64,000 nucleotides of DNA from contig JBFWLW010000001.1 in assembly GCA_050251945.1 (NCBI GenBank), forward strand, positions 416,001-480,000. The letters run 5' to 3'. Every line of letters begins with the position of its first letter. Within the stretch, counting starts at the first letter, position 1. This stretch comes from Deferribacterales bacterium (GTDB taxonomy: Bacteria; Chrysiogenota; Deferribacteres; Deferribacterales; Geovibrionaceae). Of the stretch, positions 1 through 9,468 are shown piece after piece. Below the pieces are notes generated by a model that did no database searches, was not told the origin of the DNA, and worked only from the letters and a program-made list of their open reading frames with translations. Both the position numbers and the translations under genes were made by a program.

Positions 1-57
1 AATTCGATAAAACAGATATTAAATTATTATTGATCAAAAATTTACGGCGGTGAAAAT

Positions 58-2046
58 ATGACTTTCAATGTCAAAAACATGAGAATAAAGACCAAAACTC
101 TGATACTGTTCTCCATATGTATCCTTTTCAGTATCGTGATAACGGGATATTCTGTCATAAGCACAATTGAAAATCATCTTTTCAAACAGATAGAAGTTCT
201 TCTGTCTTTTCAGGCAAACTCCATTAAAGAACGTTTGAAAGGTTTTGACGAACTTTCGGCAAAACTGGCGGAGTCCAATAAGGGCGATGTGAACATGATA
301 CTGGAAAACGAACTGACATCAATGAACGACACCGCAGAAAGGATATCAGGCGCGTATACTATAGCAGGCGAGGATTTTGAGTCTGTTAAATTCCGCATAA
401 TGGACATAATAGACAAGAAACGTATCGGTAAATCAGGCTTTGCGTTCGCCATAGATACTGACGGCTTTATGACCGTCATGCCAAATATGAAAATAGAGAA
501 CGAAGACACTCTTTTAGGACTTCTGAAAGATAAAAAAGACATAACCGTCCTTAATACTAAAATGGGTGAAAAACTATACACCAGATGCCGTTTCAGCGAT
601 AAATATCAATGGCTTCTCTGTGCCTTACTGCCGGAAAAAGAGGCATCATCAGGTTCCATTTACATAGACAACTACGCAAAGAAATCCTTTGAGAACATGG
701 TGCTTACACAAAAGATAGGTAAAACAGGCTACTATTTCGTTGTGGATATGAAGGGCAAAGTTCTCATGCACCCCGACGGAAAAATGAATGGCAAAGACCT
801 TTCAAAAGAGAGCTATGTCAAAGAGATGCTGAAAAACAAGCAGGGGTCTCTCACATACACGAAAAACGGGCAGAGACAGCTCGTCAGCTATGCGTACATT
901 GACCCGCTGAACTGCATACTGGCAGGCGGCGCCCCCGCATCCGAACTTGTCGGCGGAGTTATCGGCGGCATAGTGTTCCGGTTCACAATCATAGCGATAA
1001 TCGTCATAATAGCCGCATCGGTGTTCATGAACATCCTTTTCAAAAGCAATATCGTTAATCCCATCAACAGGCTCGGAAGTTTTCTTGAAAGACTTTCATC
1101 CGGCGACCTGACATCCAGATACGACATAAACCGCAGAGATGAAGTCGGCGAAATGGGTGAACACATCAACCACATGGCGGAAAATTTCAGTACCACACTC
1201 AAAGAGGTCAGTATTGCCGCAGGGGACGTAAGCAGGCACTCAAACGACCTTCTGCAATCAAGCAGTCAGCTGAGTGATGCAATCAAATCCCAATCCGACC
1301 GCACGGCAAAGGTTGAACGCGCAGTGCGGGAGATACTTATTTCTTTTGAAAACATATCACAGAACATAGAAAGGGTAAGCTCCGAAGTAATGCAGATAAG
1401 AAATAGTGCGGCAGAGGGACAAACAACCCTTGAAGAGACTGTATCCGGCATCAACTCACTTACGGAAACAGTTGTAACCACATCAGAAAACATGAACAGT
1501 CTTGGAAACTCATCCATTCATATCACGGAGATATTACAGGTCATCACAGATATAGCCGACCAGACGAATCTTCTGGCGCTCAACGCTGCCATAGAGGCGG
1601 CAAGAGCCGGTGAGCACGGCAGAGGTTTTGCAGTTGTTGCCGATGAAGTGCGCAAGCTTGCAGAACGCACCAGAAGCGCCACAGAGGAAATATCAGGTAT
1701 GACGGATAACATCCGCAGGCAGGTTGAAACGTCTGTAAAGGATTTTGAAAAAGGGGCAAAACTGGCACAGAAGGGAGAAGAACTCATTTCAGGTCTGAAA
1801 CAGGCGCTTGAGGAGATAATCAAAGGTGTTATCAGCGTTTCCGACAGCATACAGTCTATATCCGCCGCAATGGATCAGCAGAACAGATCCAGCCGGGAGA
1901 TATCGGAAAACTCTGCCACTATCGCATCTTTTTCCAAAACGAACGCGGATATCGCTCAATTAAACTCATCTCAGGCAGATATTCTGAACGGACTTGCCGA
2001 CAGTCTGGGACAGGCTGTGAAAAAATTCAGGTTGAATAATAACTGA
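58..2046 (+). CDS. Methyl-accepting chemotaxis protein (Cache domains, HAMP, MCP signal domain)
   Basis: Two TM segments, GYYFVVD..G.VLMHP Cache motif, DEVG HAMP motif, and signature [38 protein letters not shown]. Confidence 0.95.
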   Translation: MTFNVKNMRIKTKTLILFSICILFSIVITGYSVISTIENHLFKQIEVLLSFQANSIKERLKGFDELSAKLAESNKGDVNMILENELTSMNDTAERISGAYTIAGEDFESVKFRIMDIIDKKRIGKSGFAFAIDTDGFMTVMPNMKIENEDTLLGLLKDKKDITVLNTKMGEKLYTRCRFSDKYQWLLCALLPEKEASSGSIYIDNYAKKSFENMVLTQKIGKTGYYFVVDMKGKVLMHPDGKMNGKDLSKESYVKEMLKNKQGSLTYTKNGQRQLVSYAYIDPLNCILAGGAPASELVGGVIGGIVFRFTIIAIIVIIAASVFMNILFKSNIVNPINRLGSFLERLSSGDLTSRYDINRRDEVGEMGEHINHMAENFSTTLKEVSIAAGDVSRHSNDLLQSSSQLSDAIKSQSDRTAKVERAVREILISFENISQNIERVSSEVMQIRNSAAEGQTTLEETVSGINSLTETVVTTSENMNSLGNSSIHITEILQVITDIADQTNLLALNAAIEAARAGEHGRGFAVVADEVRKLAERTRSATEEISGMTDNIRRQVETSVKDFEKGAKLAQKGEELISGLKQALEEIIKGVISVSDSIQSISAAMDQQNRSSREISENSATIASFSKTNADIAQLNSSQADILNGLADSLGQAVKKFRLNNN

Positions 2047-2097
2047 CAGGGGTGTAAAGTCCAGTCCTTATGATTACCTTTTTATAAGGATTTGAGG

Positions 2098-2988
2098 ATG
2101 CAGAACAAGTTCAGAGAATATTTCGCGGACAGCTCTCTGCTGTTCATATCGCTGATATGGGGCAGCACGTTCATCATAATAAAACAGAGTGTGGAGCTTT
2201 TTGAGCCTATAACATTCGTCGGCATACGTTTTTCCATAGCTCTCGCCATAATGCTTGTGTTCTGCTGGTTTCGCCGCGAACTCTTCACTTTTGCCCTGCT
2301 TAAAGACGGTCTCAAAATAGGTTTTATCCTGTTTTTGGTATTCACATTCCAGACACTTGCGCTGAAATATGCAAAAGCAACCGAAGTCGGTTTTCTGACA
2401 GGTACCTATGTACTCTTCGTTCCCATTCTCTCCGCAATATTTCTCAAAAAACATCCGCATATCTTCTCTTGGGTGGGCGTTGTGCTTTCCACAGCGGGTA
2501 TGCTCATGATAACCCTTACAGACAGCATAAGCCTCTCCACGGGTCAGCTTTTCGCGCTTATAAACGCCTTCTTCATCGGTGTTCAGATAATAATGACAGA
2601 CAAGTATTCCAGAAAGCACGACGCAATGCTCCTTACAACAGTTGAAGTGGGCGTTGTCGCCGTCATGTCTCTTCTTTATGCCGCGGCGTTTGAAAATCCC
2701 GATATGGGTGCTCTGAAACACCCTTTCGTAATGTATTCCCTGCTCTTTAACGCCACCATAGCAACAGTTTTCTGCTTTTTCGTGCAGATGGCAATGCAGA
2801 AGCACACCACCCCCACAAAGGCGGCGATAATGTTTACAATGGAACCCATATCATCGGCTTTTTTCAGCTTTTTCATAGGCGGTGAAGTGCTTATGGCAAA
2901 ACAGTATATGGGAGCTGCATTGATCGTTCTGGCTATTACGGCGGCAGAAGCGGGAACCCTGCTGCGTCTCAAAAAAATTAAGACTTGA
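2098..2988 (+). CDS. DMT/EamA family transporter
   Basis: About 10 TM segments; IWGSTF, RF..A and MEP motifs; ATG 2098 preceded by AAGGA. Confidence 0.9.
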   Translation: MQNKFREYFADSSLLFISLIWGSTFIIIKQSVELFEPITFVGIRFSIALAIMLVFCWFRRELFTFALLKDGLKIGFILFLVFTFQTLALKYAKATEVGFLTGTYVLFVPILSAIFLKKHPHIFSWVGVVLSTAGMLMITLTDSISLSTGQLFALINAFFIGVQIIMTDKYSRKHDAMLLTTVEVGVVAVMSLLYAAAFENPDMGALKHPFVMYSLLFNATIATVFCFFVQMAMQKHTTPTKAAIMFTMEPISSAFFSFFIGGEVLMAKQYMGAALIVLAITAAEAGTLLRLKKIKT

Positions 2989-3021
2989 TATTTTCATAAT
3001 TACACACATCTTTTCGATAAG

Positions 3022-4587
3022 ATGTATGAACAATATGAAAAACTAATCAACAGTTTAAATAATCGTATTCTGCGGATTTCATTCCTTATCTTCGTTCTGA
3101 TAACTCTTGCTTTGGCAATTGTTCTCACAGCAATTGCTTTAGGAGCACAGTCATACACTCTTGACAGTTTGAAAAAGAATGAGTTAACAGCGGTCAATTA
3201 CCAGACTGATATAATAAAACACGCCATAACAGAGATTTCCGAGGACGTTTTGCTGATTTCACAGAATGACGCTCTGAAAAGATATCTCGCCACCGGAAAC
3301 GAAATCTATGCAGACGAGTTCGCGTCCGACCTGGTGACTATTTCCAAAATAAGAACAAACTATGATCAATTGAGATACATTGACGAAAAAGGTATGGAGC
3401 GCATACGCGTCAATTATCAATTCGGTGAACCATATATAGTGGCAAAGAACAGCCTTCAAAATAAAGACAGCAGATATTATTTCAACAACACGATGAACAA
3501 ATCCGGAAAAACAATATATATCTCGCCAATAGATCTGAACATTGAGAACGGTATTCTGGAAATACCCATGAAACCCATGATACGTTTCGGTATAAAACTT
3601 TATTCTGACAATAAGGAAAAAGGCATATTCATAGCAAACTATACGGCGGGCGACCTCTTAAACAGATTAAAAAAAACTGTCAATTCTATTAATGGCGAAA
3701 TAAATATCCTGAACAACAATGGCTACTGGCTTTTAAGCAGCAAAGATGGGAATGAGTGGGGATTTATGCTCGACGACAGAGCGTCAAGAAAGTTCCAGAA
3801 CGATTTTCCGGAAGAATGGGACGCAATAACCTATAAAGGCTCAGGACAGACCCAAACCAAAAACGGTATTTTCACCTTTAATACAGTATATCTTTTCGAG
3901 AACGGCTCTGTTTCTGAAAATGTTCTGAACAATGAAAAAAACGTGGAAGTCTGGCGTCTGATACAGCGTATACCGCCCGACAAGATCAAAAAATATCAGA
4001 ATGAACAGAACACTGTAATAATCTACATACTGGCTGCGGCTCTTCTGCTTTCATTCATTCCCGCATGGATTGCCGCCGAATATTCGGGAAGGAAAAAGCT
4101 GGGACGTACCGCTAAACATCTTGTCAAAAACTATGACCCGGTAACACGGATGCCAAGCAGGGTTCTTTTCTTCAAGGATCTGAGCGATAAAGTAAATTTT
4201 GTATCAAAATCACACGAAGCACTGGGGCTTCTGCTCTTTGAACTTACAAACCTGAATGAGCTGCTTCAAAAATGCGGTACAGAGGCAACAGAACACGTTC
4301 TTGTGAACGTAGCGGAAATACTGGACAGTTCAACCGACAAGAACGTTTCCGCCTATTCAATAGGCAACGGAAGGTTTGCCATGATAGCTGGTGAATCCAT
4401 GACCAGACAGGAACTTGATAAGCTTAAACAGTCTGTTCTATTAAAACTCCATGAGATAAAACCTGAAAATATAAACTCATTCACGATCAAATTTGCGGTC
4501 GGTTCATGCCTCTACCCCGAAGATGCATATGAGCACTTTGCCATATACAGTTTCGCAGAACAATCCCTCCAAAAATCTGCAAAATAG
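3022..4587 (+). CDS. Membrane sensor with periplasmic Cache-like domain and degenerate GGDEF domain
   Basis: YDQLRYID..G.E.IRV and ISPIDLN.E.G Cache motifs; C-terminal DPVTRMPSR, IGNGRF in place of GGDEF, VG..YPED. Confidence 0.8.
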   Translation: MYEQYEKLINSLNNRILRISFLIFVLITLALAIVLTAIALGAQSYTLDSLKKNELTAVNYQTDIIKHAITEISEDVLLISQNDALKRYLATGNEIYADEFASDLVTISKIRTNYDQLRYIDEKGMERIRVNYQFGEPYIVAKNSLQNKDSRYYFNNTMNKSGKTIYISPIDLNIENGILEIPMKPMIRFGIKLYSDNKEKGIFIANYTAGDLLNRLKKTVNSINGEINILNNNGYWLLSSKDGNEWGFMLDDRASRKFQNDFPEEWDAITYKGSGQTQTKNGIFTFNTVYLFENGSVSENVLNNEKNVEVWRLIQRIPPDKIKKYQNEQNTVIIYILAAALLLSFIPAWIAAEYSGRKKLGRTAKHLVKNYDPVTRMPSRVLFFKDLSDKVNFVSKSHEALGLLLFELTNLNELLQKCGTEATEHVLVNVAEILDSSTDKNVSAYSIGNGRFAMIAGESMTRQELDKLKQSVLLKLHEIKPENINSFTIKFAVGSCLYPEDAYEHFAIYSFAEQSLQKSAK

Positions 4588-4930
4588 TTCATATCTCCCA
4601 TTTTATACTCCGTATTACTATTTTTTAGCCTTTATAAAAGCGGATATCAGCGTTTGTTCTGTCAAAAAGTGCCCTGAAAACCTTTATAATCAGCCTATGA
4701 ATATATCTGTTTTTTCTCTATCTGCCCAAGTATTTAACCGGAATATTTTCATCATGCATAATGCATCTATATTATATTTTTACATGCAATAATAATTAAT
4801 CTGAACTTTTTTGGGTTTTCTCTGTTTTTTTTATTGACTAAAGCAAGTAATCAGAATAATAACAGTCAAAATTCATATGATACCGCAGACCAATGAGAAG
4901 CAGTCTGCATCGGGTCAGGGAGCCTTTTTC

Positions 4931-5353
4931 ATGGCAGAGCAAACAACTATTTCCGCGGAGCCTTCCCGATGGACAGCTTTAACGGAAAAAGCTAAGAAAG
5001 AAAGCGTTTGGGGCATCGCCTCCAGCTTTGATATTTACAACTGCAACCCGGACACAATAAGGGATGCAGAAGCCATCAAAACATTCGTAAGGGAGCTTTG
5101 CGACCTTATCGAAATGAAGCGGTTCGGTGAAACCGTTGTCGTACACTTCGGCGAAGACGAAAAAGTCGCCGGATTCTCCATGACACAGCTTATTGAAACG
5201 TCTCTGATATCAGCGCATTTTGCCAACCTGACAAATACCGTATATCTCGACGTATTCAGCTGCAAGCCTTACGACCCGGCTCTGGTAGAAAATTTCTCAA
5301 TGAAATTCTTCGGCGGAGAACGTTGTAACGTAAACGTCAATCTCAGGTATTAA
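4931..5353 (+). CDS. speD: Pyruvoyl-dependent S-adenosylmethionine decarboxylase family proenzyme
   Basis: GFSMTQLIETSLISAHF...YLDVFSC matches class 1 AdoMetDC; GGGAG precedes ATG 4931; substrate uncertain. Confidence 0.8.
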   Translation: MAEQTTISAEPSRWTALTEKAKKESVWGIASSFDIYNCNPDTIRDAEAIKTFVRELCDLIEMKRFGETVVVHFGEDEKVAGFSMTQLIETSLISAHFANLTNTVYLDVFSCKPYDPALVENFSMKFFGGERCNVNVNLRY

Positions 5354-6295
5354 ATGTTAAACATCAGTATCCATACTGACCCTGCGGAGTGTCGCAGGCT
5401 GTGGGAAGCACACATTCCTCAGAAGGTCGTTTTCGACCTTTGGGATGTGAGAGAGGCTTTCCACAGAACCTTTGCGCGTGAACTCTGCTTTGTAACCGCA
5501 GAAAAAGACGGCGAATTCGTCGGTCTTCTGCCGCTCTGTAAAATAACCGAAACGGGTACTTTAGGTTTTTTCCCCGGCGAGGCATGGCACGGCAAAACGT
5601 GGCTGGAGCAAAACCGTCTTTTTGCAGACAGCAGGGCAACCCTTGACGCCATGATAGCCTTTGCCGCAGACAGCACAGGATTGAAATATCATATCCGCTA
5701 TCTTCTGCCAGACGGCGAACTTCAAACGGACATAGAGGACGAAACCGGATATCTGTTCACTCCGTCCCGCTACGGATGCCGTATGGACGGTTATTACGCC
5801 TCATTCACAGGCAGAACGGCAAAGAAGATGAAAAAAGAATCCTCGGTCTATGAAAAATCCATCACGGTGATCTATGACAGACCGGAGGATTTTGAATTGC
5901 TGATAAAGATGAACACCGACCGTTTCGGCGGTGATTCATACTTTTCGGATAAAAGATTCGCGAACGGCTTCAGAAACCTGATATCGTACCTTAATGAAAA
6001 TAAAATGCTCCGCGTCACCTCCGTTCTGATAGACGGCGAATATGCCGCCATAGACGCAGGGAGCATCTTTAAAAACGTATACACACTGCTTGCAGGCGGC
6101 ACAAACACAAAATTTCCCGGTATAGCCAAATTCATAAACACACTGCATCTGGATTATTCATGCAGAATGGGCTTCGACCATGCGGATTTCCTCTGCGGGA
6201 ATTTTTCATGGAAATCAATGTTCCACCTTGAGCCGCGTCCGCTTTACAAGATATCAAACACGGAAGAATCCGTGTTCGAGGTCTGTCATGCCTGA
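5354..6295 (+). CDS. GNAT family (Acetyltransf_6/FemAB-like) acyltransferase
   Basis: VGLLPL, LRV..IDGE..A and PG.....DFL.G...WK pattern of duplicated-GNAT proteins; starts immediately after the speD stop. Confidence 0.7.
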   Translation: MLNISIHTDPAECRRLWEAHIPQKVVFDLWDVREAFHRTFARELCFVTAEKDGEFVGLLPLCKITETGTLGFFPGEAWHGKTWLEQNRLFADSRATLDAMIAFAADSTGLKYHIRYLLPDGELQTDIEDETGYLFTPSRYGCRMDGYYASFTGRTAKKMKKESSVYEKSITVIYDRPEDFELLIKMNTDRFGGDSYFSDKRFANGFRNLISYLNENKMLRVTSVLIDGEYAAIDAGSIFKNVYTLLAGGTNTKFPGIAKFINTLHLDYSCRMGFDHADFLCGNFSWKSMFHLEPRPLYKISNTEESVFEVCHA

Positions 6296-7514
6296 TAACC
6301 GCGTTCTGGTTGTCGGTTCAACACCAGATTACAACGAGATTATATACACCAGATACGGCGGCGAAGCACTTTTTCTGACAGACAAAGGACAAAGCGCAGA
6401 GTGGCGCGGTTTCAAACCGCCGAAAAAGGACGAGTGCCTTTACGATCTGTCAGATCATGAAGGTGCAATAAAGACGATTCTGAACCATGCTGAAGAGTAT
6501 GGCATAAACATAAACGGCATAACCTGCTTCGACTGCGAAGCTCTGGCTCTGGCTGCAAAGATCGCGGAAAAACTTGAGTTACCCTTCCCGCCTCTCCCAG
6601 CCATAGAAAACGCCCGTTCAAAGGCGGGTTCACACCTGCTCTGGCAGAAGAAAAAAGTACCCTGCCCGAAAACTATAAATCTGTTTTCGCCGGAAAACCT
6701 TGAAAAAGCCGCACAAACAGCCGTGTTTCCCTGCGTCATAAAACCGGCAACAGGAAGCGGGAGCGAGCTTGTCTTCCGCGTGGATTCCATAGAGGACACA
6801 GCCGACAAATACCTTTACATCACAGACAGGCTGGCGGCACATGAAAACCGCAGGATGTACCCTGTTTTGGGCTGCACACTGGAACAGTTCATTGACGGCG
6901 ACGAATTCAGTTGTGACTGGGTTATGACCGACGGGAAAGCAGAGATAATACGCATAGCCGAAAAGGTGCGCAGGGACGATCTGTCCTTCGGCACAGCGTC
7001 AGCGTATATTGTTCCTCCGTCAAAGCCTGTGGACACCGAAAAACTCAAAAATATACTTATCAGCGGCGCGAAGGCGCTGGGGTTCAGCAATATGATCGCC
7101 ATGACTGATTTCATGGTGATGAACGGTCGGATATATCTGATAGAAATGACCCCGCGGTTCGGTGGCGACAGCCTGCCCGATACTGTTATGGCATCTGCCG
7201 GATTTGACACTTTCCGCGCGGCGCTGGACTACGCCCTGACAGGTGAAGTCTGTATCCCCTCCCTCTGGCTTCCTGCCGTGTCCGTGCGTATCATTGCCGA
7301 ACAGAGCGGCATATTCAGGAAAGCTTCGGTAATGCACGACCATAGGATTATCTCCGTACACGTTGAAAGAGAAGCCGGACACCGCATAATTCTGCCGCCC
7401 GAAAACTATTTCTCACGACTGATAGGTCACGTCGTATTCCGCCCCGACGAGGGAACCGACGTACATAAACAGATAGAAGATATCCGATCAAAAATAACAG
7501 TGGAATACTCCTGA
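6288..7514 (+). CDS. ATP-grasp ligase (L-amino acid ligase-like)
   Basis: FPCVIKP..GSGS, EQFIDGDEFS and IEMTPRFGG motifs; ATG 6288 overlaps the GNAT 3' end by 8 nt. Confidence 0.85.
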   Translation: MPDNRVLVVGSTPDYNEIIYTRYGGEALFLTDKGQSAEWRGFKPPKKDECLYDLSDHEGAIKTILNHAEEYGININGITCFDCEALALAAKIAEKLELPFPPLPAIENARSKAGSHLLWQKKKVPCPKTINLFSPENLEKAAQTAVFPCVIKPATGSGSELVFRVDSIEDTADKYLYITDRLAAHENRRMYPVLGCTLEQFIDGDEFSCDWVMTDGKAEIIRIAEKVRRDDLSFGTASAYIVPPSKPVDTEKLKNILISGAKALGFSNMIAMTDFMVMNGRIYLIEMTPRFGGDSLPDTVMASAGFDTFRAALDYALTGEVCIPSLWLPAVSVRIIAEQSGIFRKASVMHDHRIISVHVEREAGHRIILPPENYFSRLIGHVVFRPDEGTDVHKQIEDIRSKITVEYS

Positions 7515-8851
7515 TGTATACTTACGAACATGATGAAGCGGTACGAAAACTTCTGAACAGACGCACACCTGTTCTTCCTGACAAAATGGTAAAAAAATGC
7601 GTCCGCAGGATGCACAAGATGGCGGATATATTCCATGAGGCGCGTGATAAATTCGGTTCACCGCTTTATTTTCTGGATGTCCCGTCGCTTAACGAACGAG
7701 CAGAACGTTTTTTGAGCGTCTTTTCAGAAGCTTTCGGCGATTTTACGCCTTTTTTCGCCATGAAAAGCTGTAACCATGCTTATATTATCAAAACTCTTGC
7801 AGAACTTGGATTCGGCATCGACGTTTCAAGCGGAGCCGAATTGGAGACTGCGCTTTCATGCGGAGCTGAAAAAATAGTTTTCAGCGGTCCCGCAAAAACA
7901 ATTACGGAACTTGAGCTTGCTGTCAGACACAGTGACAGGGTGACCATCCTCTGCGACAGTTTCACGGAGCTGAATAAACTCACAGTAATAGGCAAACCGA
8001 TACGAATCGGTGTCCGCCTTACCACTGAAAATAACTATCTGTGGCGCAAATTCGGAATACAGCCGGACGAACTTAAGCAGTTCATTGCAATGGCGGAAAA
8101 AAGCTGCGTTACTTTTTGCGGGATACAGTTTCACTCAAGCTGGAACCTTAATCCGGAAAACCACGTTGAGCTGATAAGAAACCTCGGCAAGACGATACAA
8201 AACCTTTCGGCAGACCATAAGAAACAGATTGAATTCATAGACATAGGCGGCGGTTTCTGGCCGGAGGAAGGCGAATGGATGCTTGCAGACACGGCAGAGG
8301 AGATGAAGCTTAACAAACAGCTTCTCAATCAGCCCTGTGATCCGCTGGATCACCGATATCTGCCTTCAACCGATATCGGCACGTACGCTGACGCGCTTTC
8401 TGCGGCATTTAACGAACATATCCTTCCCTATGTAAGATGCGGAATATTTGCCGAACCCGGGCGGTTTGTTGCTCACGGAGCAATACACATGCTCCTCACA
8501 GTTGAAGACATCAAACAGCCGGACATAGCCATTACAGACGGCGCAACAAATATGCTGGGCTGGGAGCGCTATGAAATGGATTATTTCCCTGTGGTCAACG
8601 TTTCACAGATATCAGAGACTGAACACCGGATGATGGTTCTCGGTTCCCTCTGCACCCCGCACGACGTATGGGGATTCGCATACCACGGTGGCGGCATGTC
8701 AGTCGGCGACCTGCTTATCATCCCCGATCAGGGGGCTTACACATACAGTCTGCGCCAGAATTTTATCAAAGAAGTACCGGAGAGTGTGGTTTTTTCGGGG
8801 ATAAATTGTGAATTGGTAAGTTGCACTTCAACTTCACAAAAACATGGATAA
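7514..8851 (+). CDS. Fold-III (Orn/DAP/Arg family) PLP-dependent decarboxylase
   Basis: FAMKS (PLP Lys), DVSSGAEL, GPAK, KFG, DIGGGF, EPGR, GSLCTPHD and GAY motifs; TGATG overlap with upstream gene. Confidence 0.9.
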   Translation: MYTYEHDEAVRKLLNRRTPVLPDKMVKKCVRRMHKMADIFHEARDKFGSPLYFLDVPSLNERAERFLSVFSEAFGDFTPFFAMKSCNHAYIIKTLAELGFGIDVSSGAELETALSCGAEKIVFSGPAKTITELELAVRHSDRVTILCDSFTELNKLTVIGKPIRIGVRLTTENNYLWRKFGIQPDELKQFIAMAEKSCVTFCGIQFHSSWNLNPENHVELIRNLGKTIQNLSADHKKQIEFIDIGGGFWPEEGEWMLADTAEEMKLNKQLLNQPCDPLDHRYLPSTDIGTYADALSAAFNEHILPYVRCGIFAEPGRFVAHGAIHMLLTVEDIKQPDIAITDGATNMLGWERYEMDYFPVVNVSQISETEHRMMVLGSLCTPHDVWGFAYHGGGMSVGDLLIIPDQGAYTYSLRQNFIKEVPESVVFSGINCELVSCTSTSQKHG

Positions 8852-8882
8852 AATCTCCTTAGAACAAACAAGAGGAGTTCTT

Positions 8883-9272
8883 ATGAAAAAATTTATCTCC
8901 ATTCTGACCTTAATGTCATTTATCAGCTTATTCACCGCATACGCATACGCTGACATTAACCTTAATGTAAACGTTGACATCCCTCCGAAAAGTGACATTC
9001 CAAAGGACAAACCTGAAAAACCTTATGACAAAAAAGCTATGAAAAATGGCGATAATAAGCCTATGCCGCCGCATAACAATGACAAAGATATGAAAATGGA
9101 CGTTAAAAAAGGAAAACCTGCACAACCGCCCGTTAATAAAGGCAAAGAGCCGAAGAAAGACGTCCGCAAAGGCGACCCTAAAGACAAACAGCCTATGGAA
9201 AAAGGGAAAGAACCGAAAAAAAGTGACCATAACGGTAAACCCGGTGAACCGCCGTTTGAGCAGAATAAATAA
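8883..9272 (+). CDS. Secreted low-complexity Lys/Pro/Asp-rich protein with internal repeats
   Basis: AGGAG RBS; MKKF...AYA signal peptide; repeated KGKEPKK and DV(K/R)KG units. Confidence 0.75.
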   Translation: MKKFISILTLMSFISLFTAYAYADINLNVNVDIPPKSDIPKDKPEKPYDKKAMKNGDNKPMPPHNNDKDMKMDVKKGKPAQPPVNKGKEPKKDVRKGDPKDKQPMEKGKEPKKSDHNGKPGEPPFEQNK

Positions 9273-9304
9273 TAAACAACAGCGCCGCGCTTTATGTGCG
9301 GCGT

Positions 9305-9446
9305 CAGGTTGTTGACAAACTTAATTTTGATGAAATCCAATGAGACTGCTTCGTCGCAATGCTCCCTGCATAGACGGTTTTTTGTCTTCGCGAGGAGCGC
9401 GTGCGACGACGCGATCTCGCATTTTCCTGACTTTGTCATCCGTCTG
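9305..9446. mobile_element. MITE-like element, copy A (~142 bp)
   Basis: Imperfect terminal inverted repeats CAGGTTGTTGACAAA ... TTTGTCATCCGTCTG; internal GTCTTCGCGAGGAGCG..CGACGCGATCTCGCATTTT shared with copies at 18.0 and 52.8 kb. Confidence 0.8.
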
Positions 9447-9468
9447 AACCCGCCTTTCAGCGGCGTTT

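Noticed and set aside
2057..2097. AAGTCCAG plus hairpin before the DMT gene as a PyrR site
   Set aside because: Lacks the GAGG half of the PyrR loop consensus; only a weak AT-rich hairpin.
6180..6287. Upstream extensions of ORF-track starts (ATP-grasp, maf 23063, acyl-CoA ligase 23502, trpB 36657, ABC ATPase 50479, zapE 54681)
   Set aside because: They overlap neighbouring genes; downstream ATGs have an RBS or coupling and match family N-termini.
6288..9272. Graspetide (microviridin-like) RiPP cluster reading
   Set aside because: The ligase motifs look like amino-acid ligases, and the candidate precursor has a Sec signal and lacks Thr/Ser-rich core motifs. Kept only as a weak alternative.
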